From assembly GCF_003790525.1 (NCBI RefSeq), contig NZ_CP033635.1: a DNA stretch of 64,000 nucleotides. One strand, given 5' to 3'. The stretch is from Escherichia coli (GTDB lineage: Bacteria > Pseudomonadota > Gammaproteobacteria > Enterobacterales > Enterobacteriaceae). Of the stretch, positions 1 through 15,733 are shown one piece after another (within the stretch, counting starts at the first letter, position 1; every line of letters starts with the position of its first letter). Made by a program: the position numbers and the translations under genes. The notes under the pieces are model-generated. The model saw only the letters and a program-made list of their open reading frames with translations, was not told the DNA's origin and did no database searches.

Positions 1-1
1 C

Positions 2-1819
2 GATTATCGTCTGGCGACGCCGGATCTGCGCATCGGTCTGCCGGAAACCAAACTGGGCATCATGCCGGGCTTTGGCGGTTCTGTACGTATGCCACGTATG
101 CTGGGCGCTGACAGTGCGCTGGAAATCATTGCCGCCGGTAAAGATGTCGGCGCGGATCAGGCGCTGAAAATCGGTCTGGTGGATGGTGTAGTCAAAGCAG
201 AAAAACTGATTGAAGGGGCGATGGCGATTTTACGCCAGGCCATTAACGGCGACCTCGACTGGAAAGCGAAACGTCAGCCGAAGCTGGAACCGCTAAAACT
301 GAGCGAGATTGAAGCCACCATGAGCTTCACCATCGCTAAAGGGATGGTCGCACAAACGGCGGGGAAACATTATCCGGCCCCCATCACCGCAGTAAAAACC
401 ATTGAAGCTGCGGCCCGTTTTGGTCGTGAAGAAGCCCTAAACCTGGAAAACAAAAGTTTTGTCCCGCTGGCGCATACCAACGAAGCTCGCGCACTGGTCG
501 GCATTTTCCTTAACGATCAATATGTAAAAGGCAAAGCGAAGAAACTCACCAAAGACGTTGAAACCCCGAAACAGGCCGCTGTGCTGGGCGCAGGCATTAT
601 GGGTGGCGGCATCGCTTACCAGTCTGCGTGGAAAGGCGTACCGGTTGTCATGAAAGATATCAACGACAAGTCGTTAACCCTCGGCATGACCGAAGCCGCG
701 AAACTGCTGAACAAGCAGCTTGAGCGCGGCAAGATCGATGGTCTGAAACTGGCTGGCGTGATCTCCACAATTCACCCAACGCTCGACTACGCCGGGTTTG
801 ACCGCGTGGATGTTGTGGTAGAAGCGGTTGTTGAAAACCCGAAAGTGAAAAAAGCCGTACTGGCAGAAACCGAACAAAAAGTACGCCCGGATACCGTACT
901 GGCGTCTAACACTTCAACCATTCCTATCAGCGAACTGGCCAACGCGCTGGAACGTCCGGAAAACTTCTGCGGGATGCACTTCTTTAACCCGGTCCACCGA
1001 ATGCCGTTAGTAGAAATTATTCGCGGCGAGAAAAGCTCCGACGAAACCATCGCGAAAGTCGTCGCCTGGGCGAGCAAGATGGGCAAAACGCCGATTGTGG
1101 TTAACGACTGCCCCGGCTTCTTCGTCAACCGTGTACTGTTCCCCTATTTCGCCGGTTTCAGCCAGTTGCTGCGCGACGGCGCGGATTTCCGCAAGATCGA
1201 CAAAGTGATGGAAAAACAGTTTGGCTGGCCGATGGGGCCGGCATATCTGCTGGACGTTGTGGGGATTGATACCGCGCATCACGCTCAGGCGGTGATGGCA
1301 GCAGGCTTCCCGCAGCGGATGCAGAAAGATTACCGCGATGCCATCGATGCGCTGTTTGATGCCAACCGTTTTGGTCAGAAGAACGGCCTCGGTTTCTGGC
1401 GTTATAAAGAAGACAGTAAAGGCAAGCCGAAGAAAGAAGAAGATGCCGTCGTTGACGACCTGCTGGCAGAAGTGAGCCAGCCGAAGCGCGATTTCAGCGA
1501 AGAAGAGATTATCGCCCGCATGATGATCCCGATGGTCAACGAAGTGGTGCGCTGTCTGGAAGAAGGCATTATCGCCACTCCAGCAGAAGCGGATATGGCG
1601 CTGGTCTACGGACTGGGGTTCCCTCCGTTCCACGGCGGCGCGTTCCGCTGGCTGGACACCCTCGGTAGCGCAAAATACCTCGATATGGCACAACAATATC
1701 AGCACCTCGGCCCGCTGTATGAAGTGCCGGAAGGTCTGCGTAATAAAGCGCGTCATAACGAACCGTACTATCCCCCGGTTGAGCCAGCCCGTCCGGTTGG
1801 CGACCTGAAAACGGCTTAA
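2..1819 (+). CDS. fadB: Fatty-acid oxidation complex alpha subunit FadB (enoyl-CoA hydratase / 3-hydroxyacyl-CoA dehydrogenase), 3' ~606 codons; N-terminus lies upstream of the window
   Basis: Frame is open from the window edge ([26 protein letters not shown]...); NAD-binding motif [10 protein letters not shown]; thiolase gene starts 9 bp after the stop. Confidence 0.95.
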   Translation, partial: DYRLATPDLRIGLPETKLGIMPGFGGSVRMPRMLGADSALEIIAAGKDVGADQALKIGLVDGVVKAEKLIEGAMAILRQAINGDLDWKAKRQPKLEPLKLSEIEATMSFTIAKGMVAQTAGKHYPAPITAVKTIEAAARFGREEALNLENKSFVPLAHTNEARALVGIFLNDQYVKGKAKKLTKDVETPKQAAVLGAGIMGGGIAYQSAWKGVPVVMKDINDKSLTLGMTEAAKLLNKQLERGKIDGLKLAGVISTIHPTLDYAGFDRVDVVVEAVVENPKVKKAVLAETEQKVRPDTVLASNTSTIPISELANALERPENFCGMHFFNPVHRMPLVEIIRGEKSSDETIAKVVAWASKMGKTPIVVNDCPGFFVNRVLFPYFAGFSQLLRDGADFRKIDKVMEKQFGWPMGPAYLLDVVGIDTAHHAQAVMAAGFPQRMQKDYRDAIDALFDANRFGQKNGLGFWRYKEDSKGKPKKEEDAVVDDLLAEVSQPKRDFSEEEIIARMMIPMVNEVVRCLEEGIIATPAEADMALVYGLGFPPFHGGAFRWLDTLGSAKYLDMAQQYQHLGPLYEVPEGLRNKARHNEPYYPPVEPARPVGDLKTA

Positions 1820-2992
<1,173 letters not shown>

Positions 2993-2998
2993 CCACTT

Positions 2999-3112
2999 GC
3001 CGGATGCGGCGTGAACGCCTTATCCGGTCTACCGATCCTGCACCAATATAGGCCTGATAAGACGCGCCAGCGTCGCATCAGGCATCGTGCACCGATTGCC
3101 GGATGCGACATA
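2999..3112. repeat. REP/BIME-type extragenic palindromes (GCCGGATGCGGCGTGAACGCCTTATCCGG units)
   Basis: Characteristic enterobacterial REP sequence read directly in the fadA-fre convergent intergenic region. Confidence 0.8.
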
Positions 3113-3152
3113 GATCTAAATGCCACTGTATAAAGTTTTAGTTGCCGTTCTT

Positions 3153-3177
3153 CCCGCCTGTCAGGGGCGGGTTTTTT
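3153..3177 (+). terminator. Rho-independent terminator downstream of fadBA
   Basis: GC stem CCCGCC...GGCGGG followed by a T6 run. Confidence 0.6.
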
Positions 3178-3182
3178 ATATC

Positions 3183-3884
3183 TCAGATAAATGCAAACGC
3201 ATCGCCAAACAGGCGATCTTCCCGCGCATTACGCTCGCTGCAAAACAGGTCACGGGCAATTTTCGCCATCTCAAAACGTCCGGCAATATAGATATCATGC
3301 TCTGCCAGCGTACCATGATCCTGCAATACCGCCGTTAACACGGTGCCAGTACGCCCACGCCAGCCCGCTTCCGGTTGTTCAACCACCGGCACCACTTGCA
3401 GACCAGGATGCTTCAACGAAAGCGCCTCAAGCTCGGAGAGATCATAAAGATGCTGCTCTTCACGCCCGCCCCAGTAAATGGTGATATCACGGTTTGGGTT
3501 ACGCGCCAGCGCCGTCAGCAAAATCGAGCGCGCATAAGAGAACCCGGTGCCACCCGCAATCAAAATCATCGGACGTTCTTCATCATCGCGCAGCCATGCC
3601 TCACCGTGCGGAATATCGACCACGATTTGATGATCTTTAAGAATGCGGTCCATGACTGCTTTCGCGTAAAGGTTGATTTCAGAAGCGCCAATATGCAGCT
3701 CGATGAACCCTTTTTCATCTGGCGTCGAAGCCATTGAGAACGGACGTTTGTCACGCTCATCCATCACTACCATCAAATACTGACCAGCACGAAAAGAAAA
3801 GGCCGCGTCTGGTACGATTCGGACACGGTATACGGTATCCGTGATAGCTTCTACCGAGGTCACTTTACAGCTTAAGGTTGTCAT
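3183..3884 (-). CDS. fre: NAD(P)H-flavin reductase Fre
   Basis: Translation [21 protein letters not shown]... matches Fre; the six-frame ORF extends 11 codons further upstream, start chosen at MTTLSC. Confidence 0.9.
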   Translation of the reverse strand: MTTLSCKVTSVEAITDTVYRVRIVPDAAFSFRAGQYLMVVMDERDKRPFSMASTPDEKGFIELHIGASEINLYAKAVMDRILKDHQIVVDIPHGEAWLRDDEERPMILIAGGTGFSYARSILLTALARNPNRDITIYWGGREEQHLYDLSELEALSLKHPGLQVVPVVEQPEAGWRGRTGTVLTAVLQDHGTLAEHDIYIAGRFEMAKIARDLFCSERNAREDRLFGDAFAFI

Positions 3885-3929
3885 GCGCTTTCTCTGTCGG
3901 ATCGATAAATAGGGCAAAACAAACGCGCA

Positions 3930-5423
3930 TCAGGCGCTTTTACCGTTGTTAAAAATAGCCAGTTCATCCCAGATGGCGTCAATATGCGCGACAACATCCG
4001 GATCTTTTTTGATGGGACGTCCCCATTCACGCTGGGTTTCCCCTGGCCATTTATTCGTGGCATCCAGCCCCATTTTTGAACCCAGCCCGGACACAGGCGA
4101 GGCAAAATCCAGATAATCAATAGGCGTATTTTCGACCAACACCGTGTCCCGCGCCGGGTCCATACGGGTGGTAATCGCCCAAATCACATCGTTCCAGTCG
4201 CGTGCGTTGACGTCATCATCGCAAACGATCACAAATTTAGTGTACATAAACTGGCGTAAGAACGACCAGACGCCCATCATGACGCGCTTCGCGTGTCCGG
4301 CGTACTGTTTTTTGATCGTCACTACCGCCAGGCGATAAGAGCAGCCTTCCGGCGGCAGGTAAAAATCGACAATTTCCGGGAACTGTTTTTGCAGAATCGG
4401 CACAAACACTTCGTTCAGTGCGACACCCAGCACCGCAGGTTCATCCGGCGGACGCCCGGTATAGGTGGAATGATAAATCGCATCTTCACGCTGGGTAATA
4501 TGCGTCACGGTAAATACCGGGAAACTATCGACTTCGTTATAGTAACCGGTGTGGTCGCCATACGGCCCTTCCGGCGCAGTTTCGCCTTGTTCGATATACC
4601 CTTCCAGCACAATCTCCGCACTGGCGGGCACTTCGAGATCATTGGAAATACACTTTACTACTTCGGTTTTGGTGCCGCGTAGCAATCCGGCAAACGCATA
4701 CTCTGAAAGCGTATCCGGAACGGGGGTGACTGCACCGAGAATCGTGGCGGGATCGGCACCCAGCGCCACAGAAACCGGGAAACGTTCGCCCGGATGCGCC
4801 ACACACCACTCCTGATAATCCAGCGCGCCGCCGCGATGCGACAGCCAGCGCATAATCAGTTTGTTTTTACCAATCAGCTGCTGGCGATAAATGCCCAGAT
4901 TCTGCCGCTCTTTATGCGGGCCGCGCGTCACGGTCAGCCCCCAGGTAATCAGCGGCGCGGCATCTTCCGGCCAGCAGGTCATAATGGGAATGCGATTGAG
5001 ATCGACGTCATCGCCAGAGACGATTTTTTGTTGGCAAGGCGCACCACGCAGCCGCTTTGTCGGCATGTTCAATACTTGCTTAAACTGCGGCAGTTTATCA
5101 AACAGGTCGCGGAAACCTTTTGGCGGCTCCGGCTCTTTCAGAAACGCCAATAATTTACCAACTTCACGCAGCGCCGAAACATCTTCCTGCCCCATGCCCA
5201 TCGCCACGCGCTTTGGCGTACCGAACAGGTTGCACAGCACCGGCATTGAGTAGCCTTTAGGGTTTTCGAACAACAGCGCAGGCCCACCGGCACGCAAAGT
5301 GCGGTCAGCAATTTCAGTGATTTCCAGATGCGGATCCACCGGGAGCGTGATACGTTTTAGCTCACCCTGCTGTTCAAGCAGCGTCAAGAAGTCGCGTAAA
5401 TCGTTATATTTCATGGCGTCCAT
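3930..5423 (-). CDS. ubiD: 3-octaprenyl-4-hydroxybenzoate decarboxylase UbiD
   Basis: 497 aa [28 protein letters not shown]..., full-length UbiD. Confidence 0.95.
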   Translation of the reverse strand: MDAMKYNDLRDFLTLLEQQGELKRITLPVDPHLEITEIADRTLRAGGPALLFENPKGYSMPVLCNLFGTPKRVAMGMGQEDVSALREVGKLLAFLKEPEPPKGFRDLFDKLPQFKQVLNMPTKRLRGAPCQQKIVSGDDVDLNRIPIMTCWPEDAAPLITWGLTVTRGPHKERQNLGIYRQQLIGKNKLIMRWLSHRGGALDYQEWCVAHPGERFPVSVALGADPATILGAVTPVPDTLSEYAFAGLLRGTKTEVVKCISNDLEVPASAEIVLEGYIEQGETAPEGPYGDHTGYYNEVDSFPVFTVTHITQREDAIYHSTYTGRPPDEPAVLGVALNEVFVPILQKQFPEIVDFYLPPEGCSYRLAVVTIKKQYAGHAKRVMMGVWSFLRQFMYTKFVIVCDDDVNARDWNDVIWAITTRMDPARDTVLVENTPIDYLDFASPVSGLGSKMGLDATNKWPGETQREWGRPIKKDPDVVAHIDAIWDELAIFNNGKSA

Positions 5424-5544
5424 TGTAGCCTCTTAATCTGCGCCCATTATACGGCGTTCATCTTTGCGATGCTGTAAATTTGTTAAATTAGCGTGAACTC
5501 TGACGGTATAACGCAAACCGGGGAATATAATTAACTTAGCGTAA

Positions 5545-6857
<1,313 letters not shown>

Positions 6858-6898
6858 CCTGTACTCCATATGACAACCGCCCTGACGGGCGGTTGAAT

Positions 6899-7675
6899 TT
6901 ATTCTTCAGTTTTTTCGCTTTCTGCTTCAGCGTCGTTTTCCTCTTCCCGGTTTCGACCCTTACCAACGTAAAAGCGAGAGAAGAAGACACCGATTTCAAA
7001 CAGGCAGTACATCGGGATCGCCAGCAGCGTTTGCGAGAAGACATCCGGCGGCGTCAGCAACATCCCGACAACGAATGCACCAACCAGCACATACGGGCGT
7101 TTTTTGCGTAAGTCTTCTGGCGAGGTAATCCCCATCCAGCACAGCAGCACAATTGCCACAGGCACTTCAAAGGAGACACCAAACGCCATAAACAACGCCA
7201 TAACGAAGCTTAAATAGCTGGCGATGTCGGTGGATACCTGTACCCCTTCCGGCGCGGTATTGGCAAGGAAGCCAAATGCCAGCGGAAAGACCACAAAGTA
7301 GGCGAACGCCATGCCGATATAAAAAAGCAGAGAGCTGGAAACCAGCAGCGGCACCACCAGGCGACGTTCATGCTTATACAGCGCTGGGGCGATAAACGCC
7401 CACACCTGATAGAGAATCACCGGCGCTGACAGAATCAGCGACACCATAAAGGTCAGCTTGATCGGCGTAAAGAACGGCGAGGCCACGTCGGTGGCGATCA
7501 TCGTTGAACCTTGCGGCAACTGCTTGATCAATGGCGCGGATACCAGGTGATAGATGTCATTGGCGAAATAGACCAGACACAGGAATATCACGATCACCGC
7601 GATAATGCAGTTCAGCAGACGCTTACGCAGCTCAATCAGATGCGTGATAAGCGGTTGAGTATCTTCTACAGACAT
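6899..7675 (-). CDS. tatC: Twin-arginine translocase subunit TatC
   Basis: 258 aa polytopic membrane protein, [21 protein letters not shown]... Confidence 0.95.
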
Positions 7676-7677
7676 GT

Positions 7678-8193
7678 TTACGGTTTATCACTCGACGAAG
7701 GGGAAGGTGCAGCGGTTTTCGGTTCAGCGTCCGCAGCAGGTTTTACCACCGGCTCTGGCGTGGTTTCTGGCTTCTGTTCCGGCGAACTGGCCTGCGTTTG
7801 TGCAGCGGCAGGCGTTACGCCTTCATGCGCAGCTTCATTGTCTTTCACCACCGGGTTATGGATGGTGTGCGCTTCATCGCTCGCCTTTTCAGGATCGTTT
7901 GCAACGTAGGAACGCTTCATCGACTCCGCGGCCTGGCGTAATTCATCCATCGACGCTTTCAGTTCGGGTGTCAGGTTAGTGAGGCTCGCCTTTTCAACCT
8001 TTTTCAGACTGTCCTGAAACTCCTGGAGTTTTAACTCCTGGGTCAGTTCGTTCTGCACCGTTGTCGCCAGTGAACGCAACGCGCGAATCCAGCCCGCGAC
8101 CGTTTTTACCGCCACAGGCAGTCGTTGCGGCCCCAGAACGACGAGGCCGATGATGAATACCAATAGCAGTTCGCTAAAACCGATATCAAACAC
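7678..8193 (-). CDS. tatB: Twin-arginine translocase subunit TatB
   Basis: 171 aa, [26 protein letters not shown]..., N-terminal TM helix plus amphipathic helix. Confidence 0.95.
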
Positions 8194-8196
8194 GGA

Positions 8197-8466
8197 TTAC
8201 ACCTGCTCTTTATCGTGGCGCTTCGCGTCTTGTGTTTTAGCCTGTTCCTGATTCGTATCCGCCTGCTTATCGGCGATAGTTTTCGCAGTAAAATCAGCAT
8301 CCTGACTGGTTTTATCCTGCTTTGGTTCATCATCGCTCATTGCTTTTTTAAAGCCTTTGATCGACGCACCAAGATCGGAACCGATGGAGCCGAGCTTTTT
8401 GGTGCCAAAAAGCAGTACAACGATGACGGCAATAATCAATAACTGCCAAATACTGATACCACCCAT
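8197..8466 (-). CDS. tatA: Twin-arginine translocase subunit TatA
   Basis: [29 protein letters not shown]...; start chosen at MGGIS rather than the longer six-frame ORF. Confidence 0.9.
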   Translation of the reverse strand: MGGISIWQLLIIAVIVVLLFGTKKLGSIGSDLGASIKGFKKAMSDDEPKQDKTSQDADFTAKTIADKQADTNQEQAKTQDAKRHDKEQV

Positions 8467-8544
8467 ACATGTTCCTCTGTGGTAGATGATGATTAAACAA
8501 GGCCGCATTATACGTTACACAGCCCGCCTTGAGCGATGAAAAAA

Positions 8545-10787
<2,243 letters not shown>

Positions 10788-10800
10788 TTCCGGTCTCCTG

Positions 10801-11556
10801 TCAGAACTTATAACCACGATGCAACGCCACAACCCCTGCCGTCAGATTGTAGTAGTCGACACTTTCGAATCCGGCATCCTGCATCATGGCTTTCAGGGTA
10901 TCCTGATCGGGATGCATACGGATGGATTCTGCCAGATAACGGTAGCTGTCGGCGTCGTTCGCGACCAGTGAGCCAATACGCGGCAGCACATGGAAGGAGT
11001 ATGCATCATAGGCTTTGCTCAGCGGCTCGATAATTGGCTTCGAGAACTCAAGCACCAGCAGGCGGCCGCCGGGTTTCAGCACGCGATACATTGAACGCAG
11101 TGCTTTATCTTTGTCGGTGACGTTACGCAGACCAAACGAAATGGTGATGCAATCAAAGGTGTTATCCGGGAACGGCAGCGCCTCAGCGTTCGCTTGAACA
11201 TACTCAACGTTGCCAATCACACCGATATTACGCAGCTTCTCGCGTCCCATTTTGAGCATGGATTCATTGATATCAGCAAGGACCACTTTGCCAGTTTCTC
11301 CGACCAGGCGGGAGAATTTCGCTGTCAGGTCGCCGGTGCCACCAGCCAGATCCAGCACGGTCTGCCCACGGCGTACGCCGCTGCAATCAATCGTGAATCG
11401 CTTCCACAAACGATGAATACCGAATGACATCAAATCATTCATGACATCGTATTTTGATGCCACGGAATGGAAAACGTGAGCGACCATATCCGCTTTTTGT
11501 TCCTTCGCGACGGTCTGAAAACCAAAGTGCGTCGTTTCTTGTGACTTATCCACCAT
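10801..11556 (-). CDS. ubiE: Demethylmenaquinone/ubiquinone C-methyltransferase UbiE
   Basis: 251 aa, SAM-methyltransferase motif [10 protein letters not shown]. Confidence 0.95.
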
Positions 11557-11650
11557 CTCAATGCCTGCTCATCAAAAAATTGTTCCAGAAGTGTAACAGA
11601 TTGGGCGTCGATGCCCTAGATTTCTACCCGGCTTAACTACCCCCAATGGG

Positions 11651-13078
11651 CTAGCGCGACTGCTGATTATATTCATCATCGCGTTGATAAGCTTCATCAT
11701 TCGGCTGCTCCGGAACCGACCGCAGTCGATACTCTTCATCCTGGCTCACCGCTTGTTCAGCCAAATCCGGATTAATCTCGCGTTTAATTTCTACCCCTAA
11801 ACCGCGAAACGCTTCTGCCTGCGCCAGCACATTTCCGCGACCTGAAGAGAGTTTTTTCATTGCCTGGCGGTAGTTATCCTGCGCTTTGTCGAGACTTTGA
11901 CCAATCGCTGACATGTCATCGACGAACAAACGCATCTTGTCGTACAGCTTGCTGGCACGATCGGCGATTTGCTGGGCGTTGCGGCTTTGATGCTCATAAC
12001 GCCACAGGTTGGCGATAGTGCGCAGCGCCACCAGCAGCGTAGTCGGGCTAACCAGCATGATATTGTTTTTCAACGCTTCGGTGATCAGCTCCGGCTGGCG
12101 GTCAAGCGCCAGTAAAAAAGCGGGTTCAACGGGAATAAACATCAGAACGTAATCCAGGGTTCGCAGCCCCGGCAGCTGTTGATAATCTTTGCGTCCCAGC
12201 AAACGGATATGGTTACGCACCGACGCGATATGTTCCTGTAGCGCGCTTTCGCGGGTGTAGTCATCTTCGGCGTTGAAATAGCGTTCATAGGCGACCAGCG
12301 TCATTTTGGCGTCGATCACCACATCTTTTCCCTGCGGCAACCGCACGATGACATCCGGCTGCATCCGCGAGCGGGCGTCATTTTCGATGCTGACCTGGGT
12401 TTCATATTCATACCCTTCACGCAGACCGGAAGCCTCCAGCACCCGCGTCAATACTACCTCGCCCCAGTTGCCCTGGGTTTTATTGTCGCCTTTCAGCGCA
12501 CGCGTCAGGTTGATCGCTTCCTGGGCCATCTGGGCGTTGAGTTGCTGGAGGTTGCGGATTTCGTGAGTCAGGGTATGACGTTCTTGGGCTTCTTTACCAA
12601 AGCTGTCCTGGACCTGACGGCGGAAACCGTCCAGTTGTTCACGTAGCGGCGACAACAGGCTGTTCAGGCTCTGACGGTTTTGCTCATCAACCCGGCGATT
12701 GCTGTGCTCAAAAATACGGTTGGCGAGGTTTTCAAACTGCTCACTGAGGCGCTGCTCGCTGTTAATCATCTGGCGAATTTTATCGTCAGCATGTTGCTGT
12801 GCAGCTTCCATCCGCGTGGTTACTTCACGCAGATCGGCCTCCAGAGAGGTGTTAATACTTTGCAGGCTGCGCACTTCGTTATTGAGTAACTCGCACTCAG
12901 CGCGCCAGTGCTCGCTTTGAGTAATTTGTTGTTTTGCCGCGCTTAACTCCGCGACCATCTCTTCACGTTCAGCTAATTGCTCGGCTTTTTGCTGCGCATG
13001 TTGATAACTGGCAAACAGCCAGCCAATTGCCACACCCACCAATGCAATAACTGCGTAAACCATGATTGAGAAATCCAC
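11651..13078 (-). CDS. rmuC: DNA recombination protein RmuC
   Basis: 475 aa, N-terminal TM segment plus long coiled-coil. Confidence 0.9.
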   Translation of the reverse strand: MDFSIMVYAVIALVGVAIGWLFASYQHAQQKAEQLAEREEMVAELSAAKQQITQSEHWRAECELLNNEVRSLQSINTSLEADLREVTTRMEAAQQHADDKIRQMINSEQRLSEQFENLANRIFEHSNRRVDEQNRQSLNSLLSPLREQLDGFRRQVQDSFGKEAQERHTLTHEIRNLQQLNAQMAQEAINLTRALKGDNKTQGNWGEVVLTRVLEASGLREGYEYETQVSIENDARSRMQPDVIVRLPQGKDVVIDAKMTLVAYERYFNAEDDYTRESALQEHIASVRNHIRLLGRKDYQQLPGLRTLDYVLMFIPVEPAFLLALDRQPELITEALKNNIMLVSPTTLLVALRTIANLWRYEHQSRNAQQIADRASKLYDKMRLFVDDMSAIGQSLDKAQDNYRQAMKKLSSGRGNVLAQAEAFRGLGVEIKREINPDLAEQAVSQDEEYRLRSVPEQPNDEAYQRDDEYNQQSR

Positions 13079-13198
13079 AACGCCTCCTGACGCAACAACT
13101 TACCCGCACAAAATAGAATTGTGCTGTACAAACGTCCAGTTTGAAAGAAGTTTCCTGCGAGGCGCTACGCAAAACGATCGTTAATTTTCATTATTTTA

Positions 13199-13232
13199 TC
13201 CCACAATATGAGATGGAGTTTATATTGTGGGA
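13199..13232. promoter_or_regulatory. Perfect 11-bp inverted repeat TCCCACAATAT-N12-ATATTGTGGGA, candidate operator in the rmuC / IclR-gene divergent region
   Basis: Palindrome read directly in sequence, ~60 bp upstream of the IclR-family start. Confidence 0.5.
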
Positions 13233-13294
13233 TATATCACCTTTTCCCCACGTCATTATGTGGAACACTTCAGCAATATCATCAGGAGAAACGT

Positions 13295-14062
13295 ATGGCA
13301 GAAACCTCTTCAACCACCGCAGGCGCACAAACGTTATTACGTGGACTGGCGGTTCTTAATGCTGTTTATAACGGCTGCCATGACCTAAAAAGTATCGGCG
13401 AGTTCACCGGCACGACCCGGAGCACAACCCATCGTTTAGTCACCGTTCTGGTGGAACAACGCTACCTGCGCCATGTCCCAACGCAGGGCTACCAACTGGG
13501 TGCCAAACTGATCGAATTCGGTGCCAGAGCACTGGAAAGCACCTCGCTGTACGAAATTGCCCAGCCCGTTTTGCAACGCCTTGCCCGTTACACCCTGGAC
13601 ACCGTGCATCTGGGGATCGTTGAAGGCGACGAAGTGCTGTATCTGGAGAAGATCAACAGTCAGCGCGGGCTGGAAATGCGCTCACGCCCAGGCCATCGCA
13701 TGCCACTGGCAATCACCGGCATCGGCAAAGCATTGATACTCAACCGAACAGAAGAAGAGTGGCGCACGCTGTTTAAGACCTGTGGTGATGAAACAAAACT
13801 GGGCGCATTTATTCAGAACATGCGTCGTTATGCCGCCAGTGGTTTTGCTTTTGATCTGGAAGAGAACGAGCCGACTATCCGTTGCGTTGCAGCGCCGGTT
13901 TACAACGCCCGGGATGAAATTGTGGCGGCTATTTCTGTCGCCAGTACCACCACGTATATGTCGCTGGCGCGTCTGGAAGAACTGGCACCTTACGTCAAAT
14001 CCTGTGCAGAAGAGATATCCGCTGAACTGGGCTGGGGTAAGCACGTCCGCAAAGATAAATAA
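13295..14062 (+). CDS. IclR-family transcriptional regulator
   Basis: N-terminal wHTH region (LRGLAVLNAV...) and C-terminal effector domain; start chosen at MAETSST (the six-frame ORF extends from 13208). Confidence 0.75.
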   Translation: MAETSSTTAGAQTLLRGLAVLNAVYNGCHDLKSIGEFTGTTRSTTHRLVTVLVEQRYLRHVPTQGYQLGAKLIEFGARALESTSLYEIAQPVLQRLARYTLDTVHLGIVEGDEVLYLEKINSQRGLEMRSRPGHRMPLAITGIGKALILNRTEEEWRTLFKTCGDETKLGAFIQNMRRYAASGFAFDLEENEPTIRCVAAPVYNARDEIVAAISVASTTTYMSLARLEELAPYVKSCAEEISAELGWGKHVRKDK

Positions 14063-14085
14063 ACCATGATTAAAGGAAACGACTA

Positions 14086-15090
14086 ATGCCGGGAGCACCC
14101 TCATTTATTGCCCTGGACTGGGGAACGTCATCGCTTCGGGCATGGCGTTTTGGCGAATCACCAAATCCACAAGAAAAACGTGAATTCCCCTGGGGGATCA
14201 TGAAATTACCCTCCCAGGCAGCAACACGTGAGGACGCTTTCCACGATACGTTTTTACGTGTCTGCGGCGACTGGCTGGCACAAACCCCATGCCCGGTACT
14301 GGCTTGCGGCATGCTCGGCAGTGCGCAAGGGTGGCAACCAGCAGCTTATTTACCTTGCCCGGTCACTCTCGAGGGTCTGGCGAAGCAGTTGACGCCAGTT
14401 ATCCACCAGCAGCAGACAATGCTGCACATCATTCCTGGCGTGATTAAAGAAGGTGAAATGCCCGAAGTGATGCGTGGCGAAGAGACACAAATCTTCGGTG
14501 CTATCTCGATGGAACCGGCCCTGCAAAACGCGATCCATCAGGGTATGCCAGTGCTGATAGGCTTACCCGGCACACATGCGAAATGGGCAGTAGTTGAAAA
14601 CAACACCATTACCGATTTCCGAACCTTTATGACGGGCGAGTTATTTGATGTTTTATCCCGCCATTCGATTCTCGGTGCCACCATGCATCCTGGAGATGAA
14701 CCGCACTGGGATGCCTTCACCCACGGGCTGACAGCAGCACAAGAGCATCATCAGACCGGATTATTATCGACGCTGTTTTCGACCCGTTCGCGCCTGCTGA
14801 CCAGTAATCTTACGTCGTCCTCGCAGGGGGATTACCTTTCCGGATTACTGATAGGCCATGAATTATGCGGTCTGGCATCCAGTTTGCTACGTGATTTACC
14901 CGCCACAACACCGATCGCCTTAATCGGTAGCGCAAATCTGAACAGCCGCTATTCACAAGCATTCAGCCACGTTTTTCCCGACAGACAGATACACGCCATT
15001 CCTAATGCCACTGAACAGGGATTATGGCGAATCGCCCACGCTGCCGGGTTACTGTCCACCAACGCCAGGGAATGTACCCATGCCATTTAA
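14086..15090 (+). CDS. 2-dehydro-3-deoxygalactonokinase-like (DgoK-family) sugar-acid kinase
   Basis: Motifs IALDWGTSSLRAW, VMRGEETQIFGA, PGTHAKW, DFRTFMTGELF, LSGLLIG resemble DgoK; RBS aggaaa upstream. Confidence 0.7.
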   Translation: MPGAPSFIALDWGTSSLRAWRFGESPNPQEKREFPWGIMKLPSQAATREDAFHDTFLRVCGDWLAQTPCPVLACGMLGSAQGWQPAAYLPCPVTLEGLAKQLTPVIHQQQTMLHIIPGVIKEGEMPEVMRGEETQIFGAISMEPALQNAIHQGMPVLIGLPGTHAKWAVVENNTITDFRTFMTGELFDVLSRHSILGATMHPGDEPHWDAFTHGLTAAQEHHQTGLLSTLFSTRSRLLTSNLTSSSQGDYLSGLLIGHELCGLASSLLRDLPATTPIALIGSANLNSRYSQAFSHVFPDRQIHAIPNATEQGLWRIAHAAGLLSTNARECTHAI

Positions 15091-15709
15091 GACGCTTTTG
15101 CAAAAAACCGGGTTAGTCGCCATTTTACGCGGCGTGAAACCGGATGAGATTGTCGCCATCGGTGAAAAACTGTACGCCGCCGGATTCCGCCTGATTGAGA
15201 TTCCTATGAACTCGCCGGAGGCGTTGCAAAGTATCAGTTTACTGCGCGACGCCCTGCCTAAGGATTGCCTGGTCGGAGCCGGAACTGTGCTTTCGGTAGA
15301 GCAGGTGGTTGCGGTTAAAGAGGCTGGGGGCCAGATTATCGTGATGCCGCATTGCGATACTGCGGTGATCCGTCGCGCCCGTGCGCTGGGTATGTATTGT
15401 GCGCCTGGCGTCGCCACGCCCACCGAAGCCTTTGCTGCCATTGAACATGGTGCTAATGCCATCAAGCTGTTCCCGGCTGAACAAATTACGCCAGAAGTTA
15501 CCAAAGCCTGGCGTGCGGTTATTCCACAATCCGTTCCGATGTTACCGGTTGGCGGTATCACACCGGAAACCATGGCGCGTTATCTGAGCCACGGCGCAAA
15601 CGGCTTTGGCCTCGGTTCTGCGCTATATCACCCCGGCATGACGCCAGAGCAAGTCTATGAAAATGCAGTACTGTTTATGAACGCATGGAACAATTTAAAT
15701 AGCAACTAA
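15080..15709 (+). CDS. 2-dehydro-3-deoxy-6-phosphogalactonate (KDPGal/KDPG-type) aldolase, DgoA-like
   Basis: LVAILRGVKPDE...IEIPMNSP...GAGTVL...CAPGVATPTEAF...GANAIKLFPA...PVGGITPE; start at MPFKTLL overlaps the kinase stop by 11 nt. Confidence 0.7.
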   Translation: MPFKTLLQKTGLVAILRGVKPDEIVAIGEKLYAAGFRLIEIPMNSPEALQSISLLRDALPKDCLVGAGTVLSVEQVVAVKEAGGQIIVMPHCDTAVIRRARALGMYCAPGVATPTEAFAAIEHGANAIKLFPAEQITPEVTKAWRAVIPQSVPMLPVGGITPETMARYLSHGANGFGLGSALYHPGMTPEQVYENAVLFMNAWNNLNSN

Positions 15710-15733
15710 CTGATAAATAAGGATATAAAAGCA

